Shown: piece after piece, positions 1-9,538 of the stretch
How positions within the stretch are numbered: position 1 is the first letter of the stretch
How the letters are laid out: every line of letters starts with the position of its first letter
Origin: Candidatus Dojkabacteria bacterium
GTDB taxonomy: Bacteria; Patescibacteriota; Dojkabacteria; B142; WJKM01
NCBI GenBank assembly: GCA_014729085.1
Contig: WJKM01000011.1
Span: 170,852 to 234,851, forward strand
Length of the DNA stretch: 64,000 nucleotides
Direction of reading: 5' to 3'
Made by a program: the position numbers and the translations under genes
The notes under the pieces: generated by a model
Database searches by the model: none
The model's input: only the letters and a program-made list of their open reading frames with translations
What the model was told of the DNA's origin: nothing

Positions 1-153
1 CCCTCCCAAATACAATAATGCAGTACAAAGACTGAAAAAACTAGAAATAAAAAAGAATCCAAGTGGTCCTATATTTATTGTTCGCAATACCGCACCAATG
101 CTTGCCCAGACAAAGCTTGCTATCAAAACATAAATTAAGGATTTTATTTTCAT
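1..153 (-). CDS. partial ORF (first 51 codons, continues past the window start): hydrophobic membrane-protein fragment
   Basis: ATG at 151-153 on the minus strand, with an open frame to position 1. Translation MKIKSLIYVLIASFVWASIGAVLRTINIGPLGFFFISSFFSLCTALLYLGG looks like a TM helix. It is short and in AT-rich DNA, so it may be spurious. Confidence 0.25.
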   Translation of the reverse strand, partial: MKIKSLIYVLIASFVWASIGAVLRTINIGPLGFFFISSFFSLCTALLYLGG

Positions 154-365
154 GATCTATAGTTATAATATAACCAACTAGTATTATATCAACTTTTTAT
201 ACAGTATAATCAAGTATATAAATTCGTGATCTATAAGTTATCAAATATGAGATATAATGAGAACAAGTTATATCTGAATATGTTGCTCATTGTATTCAAC
301 ATTGACCTTTACAGTCTAATCCAATGCTTAATCAACCTTGCTAAAAATCATCAACGTAAAATAAT

Positions 366-2111
366 ATGGCAGAAAGATCAAAAATAGAAGAGATTAAAAG
401 CAAACTTGATATCGTTTCAACTATTCGCGAATATGTTCCAAACATGAAAAGAAGCGGAAAAAATTATTTTATCCTCTGCCCTTTTCACCACGAAAAGACA
501 CCATCTTGTGCAGTAAACGAAGATATTCAACGTTTTAAATGTTTTGGATGCGGAGAATCCGGCGATGTAATTAGTTTTATTGAAAAAATTGAAGGTATTG
601 AATTTCCAAAGGCTTTGGAAATTGCTGCAAAAAAGGCTGGGGTTTCGCTTCCGAAAAACTTTAGACATCCCGGAGAATCTAAAGAGTATAAAACTAAACA
701 AAAAATATATGAGGTAAATCAAATTACTGCTGAATTTTTTCACTATGTTTTAACCAAACACGATAAAGGGAAAGAAGGTTTGGATTACGCAAAGAAAAGA
801 GGTCTGACGAATGAATTGCTAAAAAAATTTATGATTGGATATGCACCAGAAGGATATGAAAATTTAAAAAATTTTCTAACTAAAAAAGGATATGAAACAA
901 AAGATCTTGTAGACTGGAGCCTTCTTGTTTCCAAAAACAATAAAGTATATGATAAATTCCGAAAACGTTTAATCTTTCCCATATTCAACCATATTGGAGA
1001 TATTACAGGCTTTAGTGGTCGAGTAATAGATAAAGAAGATATCCCAAAATACTTGAATTCGTCAGCTACTCTAGTCTACAAAAAATCTGAAATTCTATAC
1101 GGGCTTTTTCAAGCAAAGGACCATATTAGAAAAAAGAAATTCTCGGTTATTGCCGAAGGGAATGTTGATGTTCCAATTGCACATAAGATCGGATTGGAAA
1201 ATACAGTTGCTCCTATGGGAACGGCACTTACAGAAAAGCAATTAAGATTGCTCAAGAGGTATACAGAGACGGTATATTTTGCATTCGATAGTGATTCTGC
1301 AGGAGAAGCAGCACTTATTAGAAGTCATAAGGAGGCTGAAAAAATTGGTCTAAGCTCTAAAGTAATTTATCTTGGGGAGTACACAGACCTAGATGACCTG
1401 ATCTCCTCAGATCCAGATCTTGCTCATAAGAAAATTAATAAAGCGGAACCAATCATTGAAAATCTAATCAAAAGATTTTCGAAAAGATTAAATCTCGGAG
1501 AAGCCAAAGGAAAGTCAACTTTTGTAAAACTCATTCTTCCACCTCTTTCTCAAGTTGAAGACAGGATTGAACAAGCCCATTATGTGCAACAAATTTCCTC
1601 TCTTGTCAGTGTAGATGAAAAGCTTATCTGGGATAAGCTTGGTAAAACTTCTACTTCAAAAAAGAAAAACGAATCGGAAAACATAAAAAGAGAAAAGGAC
1701 GAACCTTCGCTAAAAGAACAATACATAATCGCGATGCTTCTACAAAATCCCTTTTTACGTAAATTGGAATTCAATATGGATTACATTCAAGATGAAAAAT
1801 TAACCAGTATGTATTTACAGCTAAAAGATGAAAAAAATATTAAAAAAAAGGTAAATAAACTGAATTCACAAGGCCAGAAATTAGCAACAGAACTTCTCAT
1901 GATGGATATAGGAAGTTTTGAATCTGAGCACGAATTAAAAAACAATTTTTTGAAAGAGTCTAAGTACCTTGAAAAACAATTTCTGAAAAAACAGTTAGGA
2001 GAAATCAAAAGAAAAATGAAACAACTCGAATCTGAAAACAAAGACGTTTCAAAACTTTTAAAAGAACAAAACCAGATTATTAAACAACTGAAAAACCAAA
2101 AAAATACCTGA
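366..2111 (+). CDS. dnaG: DNA primase DnaG
   Basis: 581-aa ORF. CHC2 zinc finger (CPFHHEKTPSCAVNEDIQRFKCFGCGESGDVISF), followed by a TOPRIM-like region (VIAEGNVDV...FAFDSDSAGE) and a K/E-rich C-terminal helical tail. Confidence 0.9.
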   Translation: MAERSKIEEIKSKLDIVSTIREYVPNMKRSGKNYFILCPFHHEKTPSCAVNEDIQRFKCFGCGESGDVISFIEKIEGIEFPKALEIAAKKAGVSLPKNFRHPGESKEYKTKQKIYEVNQITAEFFHYVLTKHDKGKEGLDYAKKRGLTNELLKKFMIGYAPEGYENLKNFLTKKGYETKDLVDWSLLVSKNNKVYDKFRKRLIFPIFNHIGDITGFSGRVIDKEDIPKYLNSSATLVYKKSEILYGLFQAKDHIRKKKFSVIAEGNVDVPIAHKIGLENTVAPMGTALTEKQLRLLKRYTETVYFAFDSDSAGEAALIRSHKEAEKIGLSSKVIYLGEYTDLDDLISSDPDLAHKKINKAEPIIENLIKRFSKRLNLGEAKGKSTFVKLILPPLSQVEDRIEQAHYVQQISSLVSVDEKLIWDKLGKTSTSKKKNESENIKREKDEPSLKEQYIIAMLLQNPFLRKLEFNMDYIQDEKLTSMYLQLKDEKNIKKKVNKLNSQGQKLATELLMMDIGSFESEHELKNNFLKESKYLEKQFLKKQLGEIKRKMKQLESENKDVSKLLKEQNQIIKQLKNQKNT

Positions 2112-2217
2112 CTTCCCCAATAGAACCTCCAAATTAAATTCAGAATTTCTTTTAAAATACTAGAAATTCTTACTATAAGCTGATATAATCGGGATATATT
2201 TTTTTACTTGCATAATT

Positions 2218-2370
2218 ATGGAACAAGAAAGATTTAGAGATTACTTACCTTTTTTATTGATAAGTGCATTAGCTTTAGGAGGTCTAACAGCCTGTGGAAA
2301 TGAGACAAATGTAGTCCCAGATCCTACCGAATCACCCATTCCTGATCCAGATCCTACAGCTACTTCTACT
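2218..2370 (+). repeat. ~150-nt 5' gene module (signal peptide plus start of linker) duplicated at 3478-3630
   Basis: Direct comparison of the two gene starts: identical except for about 3 nt (attacttacc vs atcacatgcc). The sequences diverge completely right after ...gatcctacagctact. Confidence 0.8.
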
Positions 2371-3384
2371 CCTGTACCTACAGCTACCGCAACACCCTTG
2401 CCTGTCTCTGAACCTACATCAACTCCAGGCACAGAATTAAATTCCGACGAAAGATGCAGTATTTCCTTTAATAATGTCGGTTTAGATGCAGACTATACCG
2501 AATGGACAGGAGCGACTACATTGAATGGAGAATTTGCAGACACACAGATGCGCATAGGGCTTGAGAACCATGCCGGTTGGGAATTGTCTTTTGCAGAAGA
2601 TAACTTTGAGGATGTAGTTACTCAAGTTATAAACTCCTGCGGGATGGATATAGACGCAAGAGAAGACAGTCGTTATCCTTTAATAATGAATTTTATCGAT
2701 TACAACGAATATGGAGGAAAGGCCATCTGGCCTGAATTAACTACCGACGAGGAAGGCAACCCAACATTAGAACATGATAGGTTGGCTGTCAGCTTACCTT
2801 ATGTGTATATAGATATTTTACCAAGTATCTTACAAATGAGGCATTATGACTATGAGGAAGGTTCTTATACAGATGCCGTTCACGACTGGCTTATTAATCA
2901 GGGTTTTTCAGAAAATGACCTTCTTCAAGGAGATCTCGATGATCTCTTCGATATGGTGATATCAAAAATAGCATTAGAAGAGACTATAGAACTTCCTTTA
3001 TTAAATCAACAAATACCTCTTCTTGAAGACACATATAATACAGACATTACTGACGTACAAAGTTTAGCAACCACGATTGGACAGCACGAGGATACAGCAT
3101 ATCCTGAAACAGGATTTACGCTTCCAGCTGAACAACCTGATGAATTAAATTACTGGATAGATAATTATTGTGACCATTTAAGTTTACCTATAACCTCAGC
3201 ATATGTAGAAGCTATGACAGAAGGAGTAAGTTTACCTTTCTTAATACATGACTTTGATAAAGATACCATGCTTGCAGTTCTTAGGAATTCACAATCATAT
3301 ACACCAGAACAAATAAATACTATAGAAGCATGGTTAAATGCCGAACAAGCAATCCAAGAAACAAGAGTAGATTATTTCGATTAG
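2218..3384 (+). CDS. MEQER-family lipoprotein 1 (acidic secreted protein)
   Basis: Starts MEQERFRDYLPFLLISALALGGLTAC-G, i.e. a signal peptide with a lipobox. A Pro/Thr/Asp-rich linker (PDPTESPIPDPDPTATSTPVPTATATP) is followed by an acidic domain. The first ~50 aa are near-identical to the ORF at 3478. Confidence 0.7.
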   Translation: MEQERFRDYLPFLLISALALGGLTACGNETNVVPDPTESPIPDPDPTATSTPVPTATATPLPVSEPTSTPGTELNSDERCSISFNNVGLDADYTEWTGATTLNGEFADTQMRIGLENHAGWELSFAEDNFEDVVTQVINSCGMDIDAREDSRYPLIMNFIDYNEYGGKAIWPELTTDEEGNPTLEHDRLAVSLPYVYIDILPSILQMRHYDYEEGSYTDAVHDWLINQGFSENDLLQGDLDDLFDMVISKIALEETIELPLLNQQIPLLEDTYNTDITDVQSLATTIGQHEDTAYPETGFTLPAEQPDELNYWIDNYCDHLSLPITSAYVEAMTEGVSLPFLIHDFDKDTMLAVLRNSQSYTPEQINTIEAWLNAEQAIQETRVDYFD

Positions 3385-3477
3385 TCAATAGGAGTACTTA
3401 TCTAACCTATCAGATTTATAAAATCAAATAATCAGATAAATATAATATTTTTAAATCACTTTTTTACATTATTCTTC

Positions 3478-3630
3478 ATGGAACAAGAAAGATTTAGAGA
3501 TCACATGCCTTTTTTATTGATAAGTGCATTAGCTTTAGGAGGTCTAACAGCCTGTGGAAATGAGACAAATGTAGTCCCAGATCCTACCGAATCACCCATT
3601 CCTGATCCAGATCCTACAGCTACTGCTCTA
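3478..3630 (+). repeat. second copy of the duplicated 5' lipoprotein module (see 2218-2370)
   Basis: Same nucleotide string atggaacaagaaagatttagagat...cctgatccagatcctacagctact. Confidence 0.8.
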
Positions 3631-4482
3631 CCTGCTCTTACTGCAACACCTGAAGACATATTCACAGATGATGATGGCGATTATGTAAACGATAGTGATG
3701 AGGCTTTTCTTGGAATGACACCAGGTGTACATGATGAAATGATAGATCTTCCTGAAGGTCGATTCCAGTTTCACTTAAGGATTAATGGGGATCAATTTGT
3801 ATATTTTGACGGAGATAATTATGATCCCTATATTCAAATTAATCCAGAGACACTATCTAGCATCTTGTCTGATCTAGAAAACCCCGATTTTGGTGATAAA
3901 ATAACCCCTCAATTTGACTTTAGCTCTCAAATTTGGAACCAATACCTAGGCGCTAATCCTGAGCTTCAAAATACGGGTATACCTAATGCCTTTAATTTCA
4001 GGCCTGAAGATTACAACGAAAGAGTAATTTATATGAATCAAGACTTTTTCCATGACTTGTTCCCGCTTCAATTCCTTTACGATGATAAAAGTTACGATCC
4101 AGTAGAAGGGCTGAGAATCAGACAGACACTAGATTCTTTAGGAGTCGTAGACGATGACTACTCAAACTATTCCTATGAACAATTGGTGGAGGCGGGAACC
4201 ACAGCAATATTTTCTGAAGAAATATTTGAATGTACATCCGGTGACTACCCAAGTTTCACTTCACAAGAAGATGCTGATGCTCATTCACTAGATTTTAAAA
4301 GGCGAGTTTTTAGAGACGTTTTAGAAGGTCGTATCGAGCCTTTATTTGATACTACAACGATTGAAATGTTTGACCCAGCGTATATCAGAACCCAAATAGA
4401 AAGCTGGCCTTGGTTTCGAGATGATATGATCCAACAAACAGAACAATATTTTGATGAGGAATTTCCAGAATGGAGAAATTAG
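3478..4482 (+). CDS. MEQER-family lipoprotein 2
   Basis: MEQERFRDHMPFLLISALALGGLTAC-G lipoprotein signal. The N-terminus is shared with lipoprotein 1, followed by an unrelated acidic body of 334 aa. Confidence 0.7.
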   Translation: MEQERFRDHMPFLLISALALGGLTACGNETNVVPDPTESPIPDPDPTATALPALTATPEDIFTDDDGDYVNDSDEAFLGMTPGVHDEMIDLPEGRFQFHLRINGDQFVYFDGDNYDPYIQINPETLSSILSDLENPDFGDKITPQFDFSSQIWNQYLGANPELQNTGIPNAFNFRPEDYNERVIYMNQDFFHDLFPLQFLYDDKSYDPVEGLRIRQTLDSLGVVDDDYSNYSYEQLVEAGTTAIFSEEIFECTSGDYPSFTSQEDADAHSLDFKRRVFRDVLEGRIEPLFDTTTIEMFDPAYIRTQIESWPWFRDDMIQQTEQYFDEEFPEWRN

Positions 4483-4592
4483 TCCCTATTGATAACTATT
4501 ATATTTTTAATCATGTTATATCTTATCTATTGAAAAATTAAAGAGAAGCCTGATATGATCACGACATACTTTATTATCTTATAATATTTAAA

Positions 4593-5624
4593 ATGGAACA
4601 AGAACGATTAATAAATTATTTGCCTCTTCTCTTAATAGGACTGGGAACGGCCGCTTGTACAGGTGGATTTGGTCAGGAAGAAATTCCAACTCAAACACCA
4701 ATATCCGATCCTGACGATAATCCCTTACCTCCTGATGGAACTCCAACATCTCCGGGAATACAAGCCGGAGAAGTAAGTGGTGGAGAGACCATAGAAATGC
4801 CAATACAAACTTTAGTAGATAATGACGAAGATTTAGTTGCAAGTATATATGATATCGATGACAACAATCCACTGGTAGGTATGCAATGTTCAGCAGAAGT
4901 ACATTCTGAAGGAAGAACTTATCAAAATGGTAACCCCAATCTACCAATAGATTTACATGAATTAGTTATAGACTGTCCAGGTAACCAAGATTGGGAACTA
5001 CAATTTCAGCAATTCGTAGGTGCGCAACCAAGAAATAATTGGTTCACAGCAGAAATAGGTGGGCCAGATCATGATAGATCCGATATATTTCTATGGGATT
5101 CCCCTTCCCATTTAGATTATAATTGTGCCACTCTAGCGCTAGATAGGACTTTCCCAAACCTTCCATTACCGATAACAGAACAAGGGGGTCTAGGAGGAAT
5201 ATTAACTACAAATAATACTTATGAACTACTTGATATGTTGATAGGAGATCCAGACGCTGGATTGGAGAGAGGTGCGGGTTTAGGATATTTAAAAGAAGAT
5301 GGTTATATTGATGGACTAGAATTTGATAGGCTAGTTGAAGAAGGAAATGTTGATCAAATTTATGATCTTATCGACTCTGATGATCTTATATTCATTGTTA
5401 CACGGGATGTTGGAAACTTTGATACATCCGAAGATGGGTATCATATGGCGGTTCCAGCCTTATATCCAAACACGGGGCAAGAAACTTTTTATCAGAAATT
5501 CAGTATTGAAAGTCCTACTGGTTATGGTGGACCGGAAGCTATAAAAAATCATTATGATAATACAGGAAAGGATATTGTTGGGTTTTACATAATTCAACCT
5601 ACAGCACAATTCTCAACACCCTAA
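4593..5624 (+). CDS. MEQER-family lipoprotein 3
   Basis: MEQERLINYLPLLLIGLGTAAC-TGG lipobox, a Pro/Asp-rich linker and an acidic domain; 343 aa. Confidence 0.65.
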   Translation: MEQERLINYLPLLLIGLGTAACTGGFGQEEIPTQTPISDPDDNPLPPDGTPTSPGIQAGEVSGGETIEMPIQTLVDNDEDLVASIYDIDDNNPLVGMQCSAEVHSEGRTYQNGNPNLPIDLHELVIDCPGNQDWELQFQQFVGAQPRNNWFTAEIGGPDHDRSDIFLWDSPSHLDYNCATLALDRTFPNLPLPITEQGGLGGILTTNNTYELLDMLIGDPDAGLERGAGLGYLKEDGYIDGLEFDRLVEEGNVDQIYDLIDSDDLIFIVTRDVGNFDTSEDGYHMAVPALYPNTGQETFYQKFSIESPTGYGGPEAIKNHYDNTGKDIVGFYIIQPTAQFSTP

Positions 5625-5885
5625 TGACAATTATACAAAATAGCAAGAGTAAGTAAATAAGTTTTTTCTCTTGCTATGATTTGTATATTGATTCAACTTT
5701 TCTCTCGTTGACGTTTTCTATATTCTCTGGAGATTCTAACTTACAATCCCAACCCTATTACTAGTATTCTACGCCTTCCTCTTCTAAAAATTGCTAATAT
5801 CCCCTCCCCTCCTCTATAATAAAATCGAGAATATGAAGCCAATGGCTTTAAAACAAATCCTACTTATTTACTATTTACTTGCTGT

Positions 5886-8168
5886 ATGGGACGAAGAAGA
5901 CGTAGAAGAAAAATCACATACGACAGCAGGGAAAGCAAGATCGTACTTGGTCTTATTTCTCTTCTTTTTGCAGTTATCTGTGTACTCAGTAATTTTACTG
6001 ATGGGGTTGCATTCGAACTTGCATTGAAACTATTTGGGGGAGCAGTCTATCCAGTTGCAGGATTTTTTCTAGTATTGGCTCTCAAACTTTTCCAAATTAA
6101 ACCAGATAGAATTACCACACGCTCTGTAATAGGGATGTTAATAATTTCTATTTCTTGGGCTATCTTTTTATCTGGCAAAACAGGGCTGCCTGTGGATGTC
6201 AAAAACTTAGCCTATCAGGGTCAATACGGAGGAATTGTTGGTTTCGAACTTGCAGAAAAAATAAGTACTTTTCTTTTTCGTGATGCTATTAGACCTCTGA
6301 TGATTTTCATAATCTTCTTTTCTGTTCCTCTAGTTCTTTCAATGAGATTAGGAGAGTATCTGGATATGATTGGAAGTGTATTTGGTTGGATTTTTAAACA
6401 ATTGAATAAACTTAAAGAGGCTGTGGCTAAAACTCAAAATATAAACCCTGAAAAACAAGAATCCGTCACCCACGAAAATCAGACTGAACCTACTATGGTT
6501 GGAGATTTTCTCTCTTCACAAAAGTATTCTGAGAGAAAACAGGAGGAGCAAGACAAAAATGAGGAAAGTGTGGCTAACAAAGGACCCGAATTCGAGGGTG
6601 TAGCAGACGACGAGAAAACAGAGAAAAGTGTAAAGAATCCTAAAATAAAATACAAAAAGTCTGAAGAAAACGAAGACCTACTCCTCCACGACGAATTACA
6701 GTTTCCAGATTGGGAACTTCCTCCTCTTGATCTTTTAAAAAGAGACGGAAAAAGAAAATCAATTAAATCAGACATTGAGAAAAATTCCAAAATTATTGAG
6801 CAAACGCTTAAAAGTTTCAATGTCAAAGCACAAGTTGTTGATGTTTCGGTTGGGCCTTCAGTTACACAATATGCCTTGAACATTGCTTTAGGAACAAAAG
6901 TTTCAAAAATTGCAAACCTAAAAAATGACCTTGCTCTTGCATTGGCAACCTCATCTAATGCAGTTCGAATAGAAGCACCTATCCCAGGAACCAGCTTTGT
7001 CGGTATTGAAGTTCCTAATAAAAAGAGACAGATGATTCTCTTTGGGGACTCAGTAGGTGAGAAAGAGATGGAAAAAGGCAGACTGACAGTTACGCTTGGA
7101 GAAGATGTTGGCGGTAAAAAAATCTTTATCGATATTCAGAAAATGCCTCATCTTCTTATTGCGGGAGCAACAGGTTCTGGTAAATCAGTTGTGACCAATT
7201 CATTCATAATGTCTATGCTTATGAAAAAGACGCCGGATGAAGTCCGAATGATACTCGTTGACCCAAAACAAGTTGAATTTTCCGACTATAATGGCATTCC
7301 TCATCTACTCACACCAGTTATCACAAATATGAACAAGGTGAACAATGCACTAAAATGGGCTATTGTGGAAATGGAAAACCGCTACACTGAATTTAAGGAA
7401 AATAAAGTTAGAAATATAGAAATGTACAATGAAAAATTAGGCTTCTCTGCCCTTCCCTATATCGTAATTGTAATAGATGAGATGGCTGATATGATGATGG
7501 GTCAAGCTGGCGCTGAGATCGAATCTTCTATTGTTAAACTTGCCCAGAAGGCAAGAGCAACAGGCATTCATTTAATCTTAGCCACCCAGAGACCTTCTGT
7601 TGATGTTATAACCGGACTTATAAAAGCAAATATTCCTGGACGCTTAGGTTTAAGCGTAACTACACAAATAGATTCCCGGGTTATTCTCGATCAAATTGGA
7701 GCTGAGTCTCTTCTCGGTCGTGGTGATCTGCTTTACAAAGATCCCGGGAAAAATAGACTTGAGAGAATTCAGGGAACTTTTATTTCTCAAGATGAAGTTT
7801 TAAGAGTCGTGAACTTTATAAAACGACAAACACCTGATGAGGTTGAATACACAGAAGAAATTACACAAAAGCAGGTACCCCCGGATGCACCTCCAGGTAC
7901 TGCAGAATCAATTAAATTTTCTGATGATGAACTGTTTGCAAAAGGAGCAAGAATTATCGTTAATGCTCGAAAGGGCTCTTCTTCCCTACTCCAACGCAAA
8001 CTCAGCATCGGGTATAATCGTGCAGCTAGGCTTATAGATGAATACCACAAATACGGTATTGTAGGCCCTTCCAAGGGAAGTAAACCAAGAGATATTTTAA
8101 TAACTGATATCGAGGCCTTTTTGCAAGGCGGTGGCCAAGCTGAAGACCCAAGTTCCGCTGAAGATTGA
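5886..8168 (+). CDS. ftsK: DNA translocase FtsK/SpoIIIE
   Basis: N-terminal TM helices, an acidic linker, a motor domain with Walker A GATGSGKS and Walker B VIVIDEMADMM, and a C-terminal gamma winged-helix (LLQRKLSIGYNRAARLIDEYHKYGIVGP). Confidence 0.9.
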   Translation: MGRRRRRRKITYDSRESKIVLGLISLLFAVICVLSNFTDGVAFELALKLFGGAVYPVAGFFLVLALKLFQIKPDRITTRSVIGMLIISISWAIFLSGKTGLPVDVKNLAYQGQYGGIVGFELAEKISTFLFRDAIRPLMIFIIFFSVPLVLSMRLGEYLDMIGSVFGWIFKQLNKLKEAVAKTQNINPEKQESVTHENQTEPTMVGDFLSSQKYSERKQEEQDKNEESVANKGPEFEGVADDEKTEKSVKNPKIKYKKSEENEDLLLHDELQFPDWELPPLDLLKRDGKRKSIKSDIEKNSKIIEQTLKSFNVKAQVVDVSVGPSVTQYALNIALGTKVSKIANLKNDLALALATSSNAVRIEAPIPGTSFVGIEVPNKKRQMILFGDSVGEKEMEKGRLTVTLGEDVGGKKIFIDIQKMPHLLIAGATGSGKSVVTNSFIMSMLMKKTPDEVRMILVDPKQVEFSDYNGIPHLLTPVITNMNKVNNALKWAIVEMENRYTEFKENKVRNIEMYNEKLGFSALPYIVIVIDEMADMMMGQAGAEIESSIVKLAQKARATGIHLILATQRPSVDVITGLIKANIPGRLGLSVTTQIDSRVILDQIGAESLLGRGDLLYKDPGKNRLERIQGTFISQDEVLRVVNFIKRQTPDEVEYTEEITQKQVPPDAPPGTAESIKFSDDELFAKGARIIVNARKGSSSLLQRKLSIGYNRAARLIDEYHKYGIVGPSKGSKPRDILITDIEAFLQGGGQAEDPSSAED

Positions 8169-8313
8169 TTTGTTTCTTATAAGATATTGAAAACAAATTC
8201 CCAATTTAGATTTATATCCCCCCTTTAACCTTTACACATAAGACTTATCACAAACATTGACTAAAATTATATAGGTATATATAATTCATAATAATATATT
8301 AAAATTTTTTCTT

Positions 8314-9168
8314 ATGGAACAGGAAAGATTTGGATGGTCTCCAGCTCTATTTATAATTGGTGCCACGCTAATGGGAGCGGGAGCTTGTAAGGCGGCGACT
8401 GAGGAACCAAACAGCTTGACCACAGTGATGCCTGAAAACCCAATTGATTCAGACCAAGACGGGTTTTCAGATGAAACAGAAAATCTTTTAGGAACAGACC
8501 CACATACAGCAAATACCATAACCTACGAGCAACCCGAAGGAGTTTTTAGTCCGACGGAAAACAGGACTTCCCCGAAATATCCCGAACTTGATTTGCTTAC
8601 TGCGTTCAAATTACAGAGTATGAATCCCGAACTTTATGAAGGATTAGACCGTAGTGAGTTTTATGATGAACACTTCAGCTCTGGTTATGAAATCATACAG
8701 GAAGGAAACTACATGACAAACTGTTTTGCTGATGTCCTAGGTATAGATAGAGGCTGGATACATGACAAAATTTTCAGACAAGCCCTTGCTGATCCGGATT
8801 CAGGACTATACGAGGAAGGAACTGCTTTAATACCAACAGAAACAGAATATTCTGAATTATTTTATTCAAGCTTGGAACTTGACCCCTTCTATACAGTCGA
8901 ACTTATGTTGTCAGAAGCTCAAGACGGAGACATACTGGTGTTTAGAGGTGTTGAAGGCATAGATTGGGATAGTGACGATGAGATAGATGGCTTTCAATTT
9001 GGTAGCTTTCCCCATGCGGCCGAAATCGATGTTGACCCAGAGGATGGCACCATTTCTTTTATAAACAAAATAGGGGAACTTGATTATGTTAGATCATACG
9101 ATATACATGAGCTAGCTAACCTTTTTGATGCACCAATAGTAAGTTTATACAGACACAAAGACGAATAA
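8314..9168 (+). CDS. MEQER-family lipoprotein 4 with a TSP3-like Ca-binding motif
   Basis: MEQERFGWSPALFIIGATLMGAGAC-K lipobox, then DSDQDGFSDETENLLGTDPHTANT (DxDxDGxxDxxE...GTDP). Confidence 0.65.
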   Translation: MEQERFGWSPALFIIGATLMGAGACKAATEEPNSLTTVMPENPIDSDQDGFSDETENLLGTDPHTANTITYEQPEGVFSPTENRTSPKYPELDLLTAFKLQSMNPELYEGLDRSEFYDEHFSSGYEIIQEGNYMTNCFADVLGIDRGWIHDKIFRQALADPDSGLYEEGTALIPTETEYSELFYSSLELDPFYTVELMLSEAQDGDILVFRGVEGIDWDSDDEIDGFQFGSFPHAAEIDVDPEDGTISFINKIGELDYVRSYDIHELANLFDAPIVSLYRHKDE

Positions 9169-9538
9169 AATACAAATCCTACAAATACAGGAAGTATATA
9201 GAAATCTATCCTCCCCCAGACCCCTCCCCTTTTAGGCGATGGATGAATACAGATTTTCTTCTTCGAAGAATTCTGCATTTAAACCGTGGATTCTTGTCTT
9301 CCGAGGACTACTTTGGTCGAAGGAAAAATTACTCTACAGTATTTCATTTGTAAATATTCTATACAACAGAATAAATTTACTTTTACAGCTAACAATATTT
9401 CCTCATCACCAATTTATTGGAATTCTTTCGCTTTAAATTCATTTTTTATTTTAAAAGTGCAACAAAAGTCAGACTTATCTCGTCTGAAAGGCACATATAT
9501 CCCAGATATATGTTACCTTATTTGTTATTTATTTACTT

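Noticed and set aside
417-988. Minus-strand ORFs 417-743 and 785-988 inside dnaG (and many similar 60-120 aa antisense ORFs in the track, e.g. 2241-2432, 4588-4947, 6479-6883, 29020-29274, 32415-32696, 59213-60121)
   Set aside because: They lie entirely within strongly supported genes on the opposite strand. Their translations are low-complexity, F/L/S-rich, shadow-ORF products of AT-rich coding DNA.
2160-2196. Sigma-70-like promoter (TATAAT at 2184-2189) upstream of lipoprotein 1, and similar TATAAT-like hexamers elsewhere
   Set aside because: In DNA this AT-rich, TATAAT-like hexamers occur by chance everywhere. The -35 partners are poor, so the calls are not supportable without transcript data.
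5791-6027. 78-aa ORF overlapping the ftsK start in another frame
   Set aside because: The FtsK N-terminal TM domain is coherent from 5886; the overlapping frame has no motifs.
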